A stretch of DNA of 64,000 nt from Leptospiraceae bacterium (GCA_040217195.1 JAVJNR010000002.1:192001-256000), one strand, 5' to 3'; positions 21,513-30,923 are shown, numbered from the stretch's first letter. Numbers and translations are program-made. The notes: generated by a model not told the origin, from the sequence alone.

Positions 21513-22403
21513 CTACTCTTTTTTCTCAGAGTGTCGGAAAAGGGCAAGAAAAAGATTTCCGACGAATATCAAGCTCGCACCAATTGCTCCGGATAGTCCT
21601 GGAATCTCCTGTAATAGAAAGAAACCGGCCACAAGGGCAATTGGTATACGTAGACTGGAAACTATGCTGCCTGCTGTAGCTGACAAATAGGCGTAGGATC
21701 TGGTTAAAGACCATTGGCCTGCCACTCCCAGGCAGGCCGATGCGAGCACAAATAGACCTCCTGGATGCAACATTTGCTCCAGGGATGAATAGGCCAGAGG
21801 GAGGCTGGCAACGGTGCCAAGAGCAAACATCCATAAGAGAATTTCCTCAGACCTGGCCTGCATGGCGGCGCCTCGTAGCGAAAGAATGGCTATGGCTGCA
21901 AGTAAGCCTGAACCAATGCCCCAGAGATCCGGTTTTGAAATATTGCCCGTTTCGTATAAAGGATAGAATACATACAGACCAATCCCTCCTAAGCTGAAGG
22001 CAAGTACCACCAGCATTCGCCGATCAGGAATTTCCCGGAAGATGGGAATCGCAAACAGAGCCACAAAGGCCGGATAGGTCATATTTAAAACATTAGCTGT
22101 GCCAGCTGGGCCCGTTGCTACTGCCTCATAGAAAAATAGCAATGCAAGAGTATTGAAGATGGCTCTTAGATAGACAGGTACTGGAACTTTCCATCGAAAG
22201 GGTAGACCTGCTCTGCGAAACAAGTAGATTGAGAAAAAAAATCCAAGCAAATAGCGGACAAAGGCGAATAACTCAGAAGCCAGTGCTTCATCGTATAGCG
22301 CTCCCAGACGCACAAAGAAGGTAGCAAAGTAAAAACTCAGAGCGCTGAATGCATTAAGTAGAATACCGTAGAGTTGTCGCCGATGGTAAATGGATTGACT
22401 CAT
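21513..22403 (-). CDS. DMT/EamA family transporter
   Basis: About 10 TM helices in a two-repeat EamA pattern (ANVLNMTYPAFVALF, FLLQEIP). Confidence 0.88.
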   Translation of the reverse strand: MSQSIYHRRQLYGILLNAFSALSFYFATFFVRLGALYDEALASELFAFVRYLLGFFFSIYLFRRAGLPFRWKVPVPVYLRAIFNTLALLFFYEAVATGPAGTANVLNMTYPAFVALFAIPIFREIPDRRMLVVLAFSLGGIGLYVFYPLYETGNISKPDLWGIGSGLLAAIAILSLRGAAMQARSEEILLWMFALGTVASLPLAYSSLEQMLHPGGLFVLASACLGVAGQWSLTRSYAYLSATAGSIVSSLRIPIALVAGFFLLQEIPGLSGAIGASLIFVGNLFLALFRHSEKKE

Positions 22404-22431
22404 GATCGCTCCGAGACGAACAGGAAGAATC

Positions 22432-23148
22432 ATGGCGATTCTGAAGGTAAGCATTTTTCAAAAGAATCTCACCGAAGGCCTGAATCTATCCCTGCATAAG
22501 AAGCTTGCGGCTCTCAAATCTGACTTTCTGGTTTTTCCGGAATACTTTGCTGTTGATGGCTCCATAAAAGATCATAAGTCCCTGGCGGATCGGACAAAGT
22601 TTGCTCTGGACTGGCTCGGTAAGCTCAGTGAGGCCTATAAAGGCGTAGTTATAGGTGGAACGGTTATTCGTGAGGTGGAAGGCCAGTATTTCAATGCAAT
22701 GCCGGTTTTCTTCGAGGGGCAGCTGGTGGACTGGTATCATAAACGATTTCTCACAGAGAATGAATCGCCAGTGCTGACTCAGGGTCAGGATCCAGGCATT
22801 TTTATCCTGGGCGGACATCGGTTTGGAGTACTGATTTGCGCCGATGTGCTGAAGCCTGAGTACGTAACAGAGCTGGCGCAACAGGATGTTCGATTGATTT
22901 TTACAGTCATGAATTCGCCCTATAAAGAAGAATCCAGCGATGAGAAGCATGCCAGAGATGAAAAGCTTTACTGCGGTCCGGCCCGAGAACAGGGGCTGAC
23001 CATTATTAAATGCTGCTCCACCGGAACAATATTTGGCAGACGATTGCAAGGACGTTCGCTGGCAGTAACGCCATCTGGCATTAGCTGGAGAGTGGCCCCG
23101 GATGAAGAAGATCGGGAGATACTCAAGACCGTTGTTCTAAATGCCTAG
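22432..23148 (+). CDS. Carbon-nitrogen hydrolase (nitrilase superfamily)
   Basis: VFPEY, YHKRFL, LICAD triad, GRS. Confidence 0.88.
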   Translation: MAILKVSIFQKNLTEGLNLSLHKKLAALKSDFLVFPEYFAVDGSIKDHKSLADRTKFALDWLGKLSEAYKGVVIGGTVIREVEGQYFNAMPVFFEGQLVDWYHKRFLTENESPVLTQGQDPGIFILGGHRFGVLICADVLKPEYVTELAQQDVRLIFTVMNSPYKEESSDEKHARDEKLYCGPAREQGLTIIKCCSTGTIFGRRLQGRSLAVTPSGISWRVAPDEEDREILKTVVLNA

Positions 23149-23243
23149 GCGAATTAACTGAATCCATGGATCCGCTTCCTGGTTAGCTTTACCAGTATCC
23201 TCGTTTAGCTGGGGCCTCCCACCATTTCTCTGGAGGCGGATCT

Positions 23244-24164
23244 CTAATGTCCGAAGAGAACTCGGTTCAATCTGGAAAAAAATCGCGAAAGATAATAATG
23301 GGTCATTCCGGCCATTCTCTTATGTAATCCGGCTTTGAATTCGAATACTGCTTCTGCCACTGCCGGAAAATCCGGTAATCGCTCACTCGATTTTAGAATC
23401 ATCAAACCAATCAAATCCAGAATTTCCTCATAGCTGCGATCCAACTGTGTTTTCCAGTCCTGAAAATTCTTTTCCAGAGATGCATAGATTTCCAGTTCAT
23501 GAAGGCCCATTGGATGTCCCAGACCATCTTCAATTTTCTCTTTCAATCGTATGAAGCTATCGTCCAGAATAACGCTTGAAAGCTCCAGGCTACCTCCCAT
23601 CAGATCCAGAATGAACTGATCTGATTGGCCGGTAATCTCTGACATAGTATTGCCAGGAATTAAATGGAAGGGAATGCAGACCCCTCGGCTGATGATCGTT
23701 TCTTTTAGTAATTCCAGATCTTCAACGAGCAGCACAAAGCGGCTATGCTCCGGTGGTTCCTCCAGGGTCTTTAGAAGGGCCGTTTCTGCCTCATTTTGGA
23801 TCAAGTCGGCCCGTGGAATGAGTATATATCGCTGGGCTGCCTTGAAAGGTGGATACATTAATCGAGTGCGTATTAGCCATCGGACGGTGAAAGGAGCCGG
23901 CTGTTTTTCATCCCCAATCAGGATTTTCTCTTCAGGAAATAGAATGTAATCGGGATGTTCCTGGCGGCTGAACAGTCGACAGGATGGGCATTGACCGCAT
24001 CCGTTACCGGTTTCGCATAAAGCGCATTGAATAAACCATTCGGCAGCGCTGAATTTCCCCACCCCAGCCGGGCCATGAAGTATAAGCAGTGGCGGCGCCG
24101 GATGTCCTATGTAATGATCCAGCATGGACCGGGCAATACTCTGACCTTTTAATTGAAAGCCCAT
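23244..24164 (-). CDS. holB: DNA polymerase III delta-prime-like clamp loader subunit
   Basis: HGPAGVGK, CxxxxGCGQCPSC zinc motif, HPD, ALLKTLEEPP. Confidence 0.82.
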   Translation of the reverse strand: MGFQLKGQSIARSMLDHYIGHPAPPLLILHGPAGVGKFSAAEWFIQCALCETGNGCGQCPSCRLFSRQEHPDYILFPEEKILIGDEKQPAPFTVRWLIRTRLMYPPFKAAQRYILIPRADLIQNEAETALLKTLEEPPEHSRFVLLVEDLELLKETIISRGVCIPFHLIPGNTMSEITGQSDQFILDLMGGSLELSSVILDDSFIRLKEKIEDGLGHPMGLHELEIYASLEKNFQDWKTQLDRSYEEILDLIGLMILKSSERLPDFPAVAEAVFEFKAGLHKRMAGMTHYYLSRFFSRLNRVLFGH

Positions 24165-24223
24165 AGTGCCAACCACTGAGAAGCGGCGGTCTGTGCAATT
24201 CTTACAAAAAGTGCTGGAAAAAG

Positions 24224-24257
24224 AAAAAACCCGGCCTCCTCATTCGAAGGGCCGGGC
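24224..24257 (-). terminator. Rho-independent terminator ending the candidate sRNA
   Basis: Minus strand gcccggccct-tcgaatg-aggaggccgggt followed by tttttctttt. Confidence 0.85.
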
Positions 24258-24373
24258 TGCATCTGAACACACTCTTTCCCGATCTGTCGCCGACTTTTCA
24301 TCGGCGCGGATACTCGCTCGAAGCGAGTAATGAGTGAAAGGATACCTTTTAATCTCCCCCTTAAAAGAATCCG
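24224..24373 (-). ncRNA. Candidate ~150-nt sigma54-dependent small RNA
   Basis: sigma54 box upstream, three strong internal hairpins, intrinsic terminator, no credible ORF. Confidence 0.6.
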
Positions 24374-24382
24374 ACTATACTA

Positions 24383-24400
24383 TTGCAGGCGGCGTACCAG
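24383..24400 (-). promoter_or_regulatory. sigma54 (RpoN) -24/-12 promoter
   Basis: Minus strand CTGGTACGCCGCCTGCAA: GG-N10-GC, close to YTGGCACG-N4-TTGCW; predicted +1 near 24373. Confidence 0.7.
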
Positions 24401-24614
24401 GGAGGGCTCGGACCGGAAAAAAATGCTCATCAAGACCTGTGGCAGAGAAAAAAAAGTGCCTTTTTGCTGATTTTCCGCATCCACGCATGGTACAGCCATT
24501 CGCAGGGGCACTTTACGTCTAGAAGTCTGGTCCTGCGGCTGCCCACTCGGTGTAGCTTTACGCCGGATCCCCGGGGGGTGCACAAAATATAGCTGCCATC
24601 CTTTGCTACATGGC

Positions 24615-24639
24615 TTTATTGTAAGCCAAGCACAATAAA
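24615..24639. promoter_or_regulatory. Perfect inverted repeat, possible enhancer-binding-protein site
   Basis: TTTATTGT-N9-ACAATAAA, about 250 nt upstream of the sigma54 start. Confidence 0.45.
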
Positions 24640-24915
24640 TGGTCAGAATTACTGCCCGGAGAAAAGTCCCTTCCTTCTCGAGGAGAAATTCCCCTGGCAG
24701 ATGTGGGTTTCCCGGTTTCTATTCCCTGCCTCATTCTTTCGTCAATTCGCCATTCTCTCAATAATTTGGCCTGGTCCGGAGTTGATGGGCCCATTGGATG
24801 GAAAATCGATGGATCCTGAACGGACCGGTAGGGCCAGAACCATTAACTGGATGAAAAGAAAGCCAGCTCAAGGAATCTATTTGACCGAAAGGGTGATACA
24901 ATTAGATTCCGCTTC

Positions 24916-25515
24916 ATGCGAAAACATAGATTCCTTGCGGTGGTTGCCATTCTGGCCATTTGTTCGGCGACTTACTGCAAGTCCGGTGACGAAGAGCCAT
25001 CCGATGATCAAGAGCTATTGAATCTTCTGGATGTAAATGTGGCTAATGGGATATTCTGGGTGGGCAAGACCAGTCAGAATAGCTGCAATGCGGGGGATGC
25101 ATCCACCACAGCAACCGTATGCTTTACTCAAACGACTCTGGAAAATACTTATCTTTCCGGAAATGAAAATAACCTGAACCTTTATTTGCCATCCGGAAAT
25201 CCGCCGGCGGGAACTGTCAGTCTTTTGATTCCGCACCCGGACAATTCTTCGCTCAATACATTCGATATTGCAGTGAGTGGAGATCTTTCCGGGGGGTATG
25301 AGACCGGAAACGGAGTGAGTCGGGTGCTAACACTGACTGCGGCTACAGCCACCACTGCCGCAAGTTCTTCAGTGCAGATTCAAATGGTGAGTTTTACAGC
25401 TCAGCAAACGGAGAATTCGGTAGATGGCACCATCGTAGTGCGATTTCTGAGAGCCAGCGGCAGCAATCCAACCTATGACGTTGAATATAACTTCTCTCTG
25501 GACAGGCAGTACTGA
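24916..25515 (+). CDS. Putative lipoprotein, unknown function
   Basis: Basic N-terminus, hydrophobic core, Cys (ATYCKS); beta-rich body. Confidence 0.75.
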   Translation: MRKHRFLAVVAILAICSATYCKSGDEEPSDDQELLNLLDVNVANGIFWVGKTSQNSCNAGDASTTATVCFTQTTLENTYLSGNENNLNLYLPSGNPPAGTVSLLIPHPDNSSLNTFDIAVSGDLSGGYETGNGVSRVLTLTAATATTAASSSVQIQMVSFTAQQTENSVDGTIVVRFLRASGSNPTYDVEYNFSLDRQY

Positions 25516-26945
25516 TGAAGGGGGAACAAGGAATGAAAAACATGCGAAAAACAAAGGTACTGGCAATCCTTCTTACTTTTTGTCTGAGCGCGCCTGTATT
25601 CGGCGAAGCTGATCCTACCGGTTGGGCACTGCAACCCCTTCCTCTGGTAAGCGCAAGTTCCGATGATGGATTTGGCTATGGTCTGCGGGTTTACGGAACG
25701 TATAAGGATGCGAAAGCTGAACCTTATAAGTACCAGATCTACGGACAATACTATGCCACTACCCGAGGGTACGAATTTCATGAATTATCCGTTGATGCAG
25801 TGGATTTTCTTGATTCATCTTTTCGAATCATTACTCGTCTGGGTGTAGAAAGAACTCTCAATGCTCAGTGGTACGGAACGGGAAACTTTCAGGATATTCA
25901 GAGACAAAAGAAGATCAAGAATGGCGAGATCCCGATCAATGAAAACGTGCAGGTAGATCCAACTACCGGTCAGCCAATTCGTGATCTCTACACTTTTGAA
26001 GAGTATAGCGACTCGGTTTATTCATTGAACACAAGAGCGTTGCTGGGTCCCGGAGCAGGCGATTTTCTTAATCCCGGCCGAAAGCTGCTAAAGCAAACTC
26101 AGGGAAAATACTTCTATTATGACCGGATTCGTCCATTTGTCATGATGTCTACTGAGCAATGGATGGGAGATACAAACTTCAAGTGGTTTGTGGGTATTCG
26201 CGGTCAGAGCTATAAGATTCAATCCTACGCCGGCGACTTTGAAGGAGGGGACAAGCTTCCTAACGGTCGAACTCTAATCGATATTGAAAAGCCCCTGGGC
26301 TATGATGCCACCGAAGATAACAAGTTCGTAAATGGACTTCGGGGTGCATTGATCTATGATTCAAGACCCAGAAAGCGGGAGATCAATCCTAATTCAGGTA
26401 TCTTCGCCGATATTCATATCGAAGGAGTGGGCAAAGGCACGGGAAGTAACTATTCCTTCATGAGATATACGGCCGCCTGGAGACAGTACATTGAAGTGCT
26501 ACCCGGTTTCTTCAATCCTCAGGACCGAGAGCTAGTTTTCGCATATCGTGTTCTTGGACAGAAAACCACCGGAGATGTTCCGTTTTATGAGATGGGCCGA
26601 ATCTACACTTCCCGAGAGAACGCAGAGGGTCTGGGTGGAAATGGAGGCCTGAGAGGGTATCCGGCCAACCAGTTTGTGGATCGAGTCATGGGTATGGCAA
26701 ACTTTGAAATGCGTCTGACAACGTTTAGCGTCGATGCGCTGGGCGGCATTGACTTCATTTTCCTGGGCTACTATGACGTGGGACGAGTGGCTCCCACTAA
26801 CCGGGAAATGACTTTGAAGGGCCTGCACCGAGCCTACGGTGGTGGCGTTCGATTACTATGGCAGGAAAACGTTGTGATCAACATTTCCTACGGCCGATCT
26901 CAGTATGAATCCAACTTCAATTTTGGATTTAATCATATGTTCTAG
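25515..26945 (+). CDS. Omp85/BamA-superfamily outer-membrane beta-barrel with no apparent POTRA domain
   Basis: Signal peptide, PLPLVS..DDGFGYG, GGLRGYP lid motif, YDVGRV, C-terminal FGFNHMF; start may be 25533 or 25542. Confidence 0.88.
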   Translation: MKGEQGMKNMRKTKVLAILLTFCLSAPVFGEADPTGWALQPLPLVSASSDDGFGYGLRVYGTYKDAKAEPYKYQIYGQYYATTRGYEFHELSVDAVDFLDSSFRIITRLGVERTLNAQWYGTGNFQDIQRQKKIKNGEIPINENVQVDPTTGQPIRDLYTFEEYSDSVYSLNTRALLGPGAGDFLNPGRKLLKQTQGKYFYYDRIRPFVMMSTEQWMGDTNFKWFVGIRGQSYKIQSYAGDFEGGDKLPNGRTLIDIEKPLGYDATEDNKFVNGLRGALIYDSRPRKREINPNSGIFADIHIEGVGKGTGSNYSFMRYTAAWRQYIEVLPGFFNPQDRELVFAYRVLGQKTTGDVPFYEMGRIYTSRENAEGLGGNGGLRGYPANQFVDRVMGMANFEMRLTTFSVDALGGIDFIFLGYYDVGRVAPTNREMTLKGLHRAYGGGVRLLWQENVVINISYGRSQYESNFNFGFNHMF

Positions 26946-26973
26946 GCTGAAATTCTCAGCTTGAACTTAGAGG

Positions 26974-26998
26974 AAAGGGGGCTTCGGTCCCCTTTTTT
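26974..26998 (+). terminator. Rho-independent terminator
   Basis: aaagggggc-ttcg-gtcccctttttt. Confidence 0.88.
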
Positions 26999-27108
26999 CG
27001 TTTCTGGCAGAAATCACTCCAGGTTCGGCCTCAAATCATCTTGAAAACCGGTGAAGCCATGAACTACTTGGGCAGAAACTCCATCTAATCCCACAGAAAA
27101 GGTCTAAT

Positions 27109-27681
27109 ATGTTTTCAATTGTCCGTACAAGTTTCTCTGCCCTCGTAATTCTGACCATGCTCACCGCCTTCTCTGGATGCCAGAGCTCTGCACCGGCGGA
27201 TCCTGCGTCATCGCCCGCTGCAGATTCCGTAGAGAATTCTTCGGAGATGGAGTCCGCACCGGAAAACCGATCCGTTGAACCCAGTGATGATCGAGGCGTA
27301 GAAGTGGTGGAGAGAACCGGTATCTATGTATACCACTACCCGGAAACTCTGCAGCTTGAAGATCCATATAAAAACTATTTGAGCAAGCGGCGAGTGTTCG
27401 ATGATAATCTGGCCGCAGAGATCGAATCTCTACTTGCGGAAGAGGCGGACTATACTCCTGAGTATCGGGCTCGCTGCCTGCCTGTCTATGACTACGGAAT
27501 AGTAATTGTTGAAGAAAAGGAGCGAAGGACCTATCTGTTTTCTTTTCGCTGCAACACCATGCATTACAAAGAGAAGAAGCTCTGGAAGGACTTTACACCA
27601 ATTCGCACCAGACTCTATGCATTATTGCAGTACCAAGTAAACGATAATACATCGGTCATTGTGGATTCCCGGGATAACTGA
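27109..27681 (+). CDS. Putative lipoprotein, unknown function
   Basis: Lipobox-like AFSGC, then a Ser/Pro/Glu linker and a globular domain. Confidence 0.75.
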   Translation: MFSIVRTSFSALVILTMLTAFSGCQSSAPADPASSPAADSVENSSEMESAPENRSVEPSDDRGVEVVERTGIYVYHYPETLQLEDPYKNYLSKRRVFDDNLAAEIESLLAEEADYTPEYRARCLPVYDYGIVIVEEKERRTYLFSFRCNTMHYKEKKLWKDFTPIRTRLYALLQYQVNDNTSVIVDSRDN

Positions 27682-28775
27682 TGATTGCTCGTTCCTTACT
27701 GATTTCCGGGAACGCCGCCGGAATTTTCATTCTTCTAATCTCATTTTCAGGGTTCTGTACATTACCATCCAGCCGAAACCAGAAACCTGACTCTGGAGGC
27801 GGTGCCGAGACAATCGAAAAGGTGGAAGAAGTACAGCCAGATCCCAGACCAGGGTCTGAAGCAGAAGAACAAAGCAATGGCCACGAAATAATCCGTTCCC
27901 GCCGCGGAGCTGTTGCCGTACTTCCTTTTCAAGTTGCCCGGGGATCTGAGAAGGGCACAGGGCTATCGTCGCGCTTGATGGCCACCCTTCAGGGCAAGAA
28001 TCAATTTCAGATAGTAGAACGATTGGATCTGGAAAGCATTCAAAGCGAGCTTCTGGTTGGACAGTCAGGACTGGTGGATAGTGATAGTGCTGCGAAGATT
28101 GGAAGGCTTACGGGTGCCAGGTATCTGGTTCTGGGAGAATGGTCGCCTACACTGAACAATCAGGGCAAGGCATCCTATCGTCTGGTCGTGGCTGAAACCG
28201 GAAGGCTCATTGGATCTGGCATTGCCATAGGGTCGGAGGAGGAAATACTTCATCGCTTCGGGGAAAGTCTGGCGCGTCAGCTTGCGATCTATCAGAGTCT
28301 GGATAATCCAGAAAGTCCTTATTCCATCCTCTTGCAGCTAAATCAGGAAGATCATACATATCGGCTGGGCCAGCGAGTGGAAGTCAGCTTTGAAATCAAG
28401 CGTCATAGAAATTCCGCTCCGTCTCAGGTTTACATCCAGCTTTACGCTATCGATTCCAGCGGTGTTATGACAATGATCTATCCCAATCGATTCAGCGGAA
28501 TCAAACCTGTAGTGGTGGGGCAGAAGTACTCATTCCCTTCGCAGGAAGATCCATTCGAGTGGAAACTGGTGCCTCCCACTGGCACAGAAACCATTCAGGC
28601 ATTTGTTACTACACAACCTGTGGATCCATTTAGAGCCACCGATCGTATGGAAGATGGATTTGTTCAAGTCAGCACCAGAGGTCATAATCAGGAGACCTTT
28701 TCTGGTATTGTCACTGTCCTTAAAGAAGAAGAGGGATGGAGTGCAGACACCATTACATTTGAGATAATCGAATAA
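27681..28775 (+). CDS. Exported protein with CsgG/FlgO-like domain plus DUF4384-like domain
   Basis: VAVLPF..IVER.DLE.I..E..SGLV..AKIGRLTGA; YRLGQRV..MIYPN..PPTGTETI. Confidence 0.75.
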   Translation: MIARSLLISGNAAGIFILLISFSGFCTLPSSRNQKPDSGGGAETIEKVEEVQPDPRPGSEAEEQSNGHEIIRSRRGAVAVLPFQVARGSEKGTGLSSRLMATLQGKNQFQIVERLDLESIQSELLVGQSGLVDSDSAAKIGRLTGARYLVLGEWSPTLNNQGKASYRLVVAETGRLIGSGIAIGSEEEILHRFGESLARQLAIYQSLDNPESPYSILLQLNQEDHTYRLGQRVEVSFEIKRHRNSAPSQVYIQLYAIDSSGVMTMIYPNRFSGIKPVVVGQKYSFPSQEDPFEWKLVPPTGTETIQAFVTTQPVDPFRATDRMEDGFVQVSTRGHNQETFSGIVTVLKEEEGWSADTITFEIIE

Positions 28776-29016
28776 TCTAGATTTCATCCGGTCCTTAACC
28801 GGCTACGTAGGTCCTGCGGGGTTCCGTACCTAGGCGACTTTACTCTAGCTCTCCCATGAAGTTGTTCAGCCAGTCTGCCCAGGGCCGAAAAGATGAGGCA
28901 TTCGCACGGCATCGTCTGCTAAATTCTGGAATCCACTACTTTGCTTTGCGACAGCAACACCGCCCCGTTTCAGATACGAATCCATTTAGCGGACCACTAC
29001 GAATTAATTTAACGGA

Positions 29017-29565
29017 CTACTTCACCCATTTAATGGAACAACCCATGCTGGGAAAAACCTTCTCGGGGCCCGGGCCCTTGCCCATATCTCGAAGCAATGC
29101 CAGCTCAAGACTGTTTTCTTTTACAGCTGATGGATCCTGCCAGTTATCGTTGATTCGACCGTGGTAACTTAGCTTTCCTTGATGGAATAGATAGGGGTCC
29201 GGAGTGCAAACCGCTCCGTATGTTTTTGCCACCGACTGATCTTCGTCGAACAGGTATGGAAAGCGAATGTCATTTTCTTCTGCGAAGGGTTTCATCCGAT
29301 CGAATCCATCCTCCGGATAAGAAGGATTGTTATTTGGATTGATGGCCACGATTTCTAATCCCTGTTCGCTGTATCGCTGATGCAAATCTTTGAGCACCGG
29401 CCAGGAAGCGATGGCATAAGGACAATGGTTGCAGGTGAAGACGATAAGCAGGTGGGGTCTGGAAACCAGCTCCGCAGAATCTACGAATTTTCCATCCACA
29501 TCCTTCAACTTGAAGGCCGGCAGGGGAGTGCCTTTTTCCATTTGATCCGATTCCAGTAATGCCAT
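29017..29565 (-). CDS. Thioredoxin-fold AhpC/TSA-like protein
   Basis: FTCNHCPY, FPYLFDE, AVCTPD, YHGRI, GCSIKW. Confidence 0.92.
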   Translation of the reverse strand: MALLESDQMEKGTPLPAFKLKDVDGKFVDSAELVSRPHLLIVFTCNHCPYAIASWPVLKDLHQRYSEQGLEIVAINPNNNPSYPEDGFDRMKPFAEENDIRFPYLFDEDQSVAKTYGAVCTPDPYLFHQGKLSYHGRINDNWQDPSAVKENSLELALLRDMGKGPGPEKVFPSMGCSIKWVK

Positions 29566-29614
29566 GTATTCAAAAAAGGTTGATGCAGAGGCAGTGGAAA
29601 GGACTTTTCGGGCT

Positions 29615-29968
29615 ATGATTAAGTTCTATGGCTACAAGAAATGTTCTACATCGCGCAAGGCGGAGAAGTTCCTCTCCGAACGAGGAATCAAATATGACTT
29701 TGTAGATATTACGGAAAATCCGCCAAATCAGTCCACCTTGAAGCAGGTCATCGAACTTTCCGATCTCCCTACCAAAAAGATGTTCAATACCAGCGGACAG
29801 CAGTACAGAGAGCTGGGAATAAAGGACAAACTTCCTGATCTGAAAGATGGAGAAATAATTAAGATGCTTGCTTCGAACGGAAAATTGATCAAGCGACCGG
29901 TGGTTACCGACGGAAAGAAGGCTACGGTGGGGTTCTCAGAAGAAAGCTACCAGAAAACCTGGAAGTGA
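29615..29968 (+). CDS. ArsC/Spx/MgsR family protein
   Basis: YKKCSTSRKA, FNTSGQQYREL, LIKRP, VGF; ATG 29615. Confidence 0.9.
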   Translation: MIKFYGYKKCSTSRKAEKFLSERGIKYDFVDITENPPNQSTLKQVIELSDLPTKKMFNTSGQQYRELGIKDKLPDLKDGEIIKMLASNGKLIKRPVVTDGKKATVGFSEESYQKTWK

Positions 29969-30006
29969 ATTGACAGGCTGTGTTATTGGGGGGATCTGAC
30001 CTTGTT

Positions 30007-30079
30007 GCCCAGGTAGCTCAGTCGGTAGAGCAGTGGACTGAAAATCCACGTGTCGGTGGTTCGATCCCGCCCCTGGGCA
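30007..30079 (+). tRNA. tRNA-Phe (GAA); CCA not encoded
   Basis: GCCCAGG/CCTGGGC acceptor stem, D arm GCTCAGTCGGTAGAGC, anticodon loop CTGAAAA, GGTTCGATCC T arm; TTGACA at 29970. Confidence 0.98.
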
Positions 30080-30091
30080 CACATCTACCCC

Positions 30092-30325
30092 CTATTTCGC
30101 TCCCTGAATCCAGAACTCTTCGAATTCCTCCTCAGAAGAAGCAGCGCATCGTTCCGGCGCGAACAGCTTTTTTACCGGTGGTTTGGGATATGTGGACACT
30201 TCCCCTGTATCAGGGATGGCAGTGAGCATTCTCAGAATTTCATCTTCGCCCTGGATTTCATACATGGTATAGCTCATCCCTTTTCCGGGAACAATCTGCT
30301 CGGTCTTTAGATATTTCTTTTCCAT
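30092..30325 (-). CDS. Small hypothetical protein
   Basis: 77-aa ORF with aggaag SD and protein-like composition. Confidence 0.7.
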   Translation of the reverse strand: MEKKYLKTEQIVPGKGMSYTMYEIQGEDEILRMLTAIPDTGEVSTYPKPPVKKLFAPERCAASSEEEFEEFWIQGAK

Positions 30326-30400
30326 TCTGCTTCCTTTTGAGAATTCTTTTCTTGCGTGGTCCCCCGGCCATCTTACAGTCCGGACCTGGGGGACTCATTA

Positions 30401-30889
30401 ATGAATAAAGGCTACATAGTCTGTGTTGACGATGAAATCTCGGTTCTGGAAACGCTCCGGGAGCAATTGAGGCAGTATTTCGATCAGACCCATGAAATTG
30501 AGGTAGCCGCCAGTGCTGAAGAGGCCCTGGAACTCATCGAAGATATTAAAGAATCCGGCGGATTGGTCGAGGTGATAATTACCGATCAAGTGATGCCCGG
30601 CATGAAAGGGGATCAGTTTCTGGAAACCATACACAGGGATTTTCCGGACACAATTAAGATCCTGCTAACCGGCCAGGCCGGGCTGGATAATGCCATCCAT
30701 GCCATCAATCGGGGAGGACTAAACCGATATGTGGAAAAGCCCTGGAACATGGAGGAGCTCCAGAAAGATATCAAGGAACTCATCGAAAAGTACCAGCAAC
30801 AGGTGGAGAATCAGCGGCTTATCGCTCAGCTGGAATCCAGAATCACTGCCCTGGAAGATGAAAATCGATCTCTTAAAGAAGGGGGCTGA
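30401..30889 (+). CDS. Response regulator (receiver domain plus coiled coil)
   Basis: [25 protein letters not shown]. Confidence 0.93.
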   Translation: MNKGYIVCVDDEISVLETLREQLRQYFDQTHEIEVAASAEEALELIEDIKESGGLVEVIITDQVMPGMKGDQFLETIHRDFPDTIKILLTGQAGLDNAIHAINRGGLNRYVEKPWNMEELQKDIKELIEKYQQQVENQRLIAQLESRITALEDENRSLKEGG

Positions 30890-30923
30890 AGCCATCGGCC
30901 CTCATTTCACTGGTGCAGTTCTA

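Noticed and set aside
24224..24600. SRP RNA, 6S RNA, tmRNA or a known riboswitch
   Set aside because: No SRP GGAAG-loop/GCAG motif, no long end-to-end 6S duplex, no tRNA-like ends and no aptamer consensus I recognise; an Rfam scan is still needed
24334..24794. Short ORFs (62-69 aa) in the large intergenic gap, or a type I toxin
   Set aside because: No SD, no hydrophobic toxin-like peptide and no recognisable motifs; RNA structure explains the region better
28776..29016. 240-bp gap and ORF 28856..29167
   Set aside because: No convincing stems, repeats or coding signal; the ORF overlaps the thioredoxin gene antisense; a GG-N10-GC match near 28897 is too weak
29980..30310. ORFs overlapping tRNA-Phe
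   Set aside because: Shadow translations of the tRNA and of the minus-strand gene
30007..30330. tRNA-Phe as an integration site
   Set aside because: No integrase and no duplicated tRNA 3' end seen in the window
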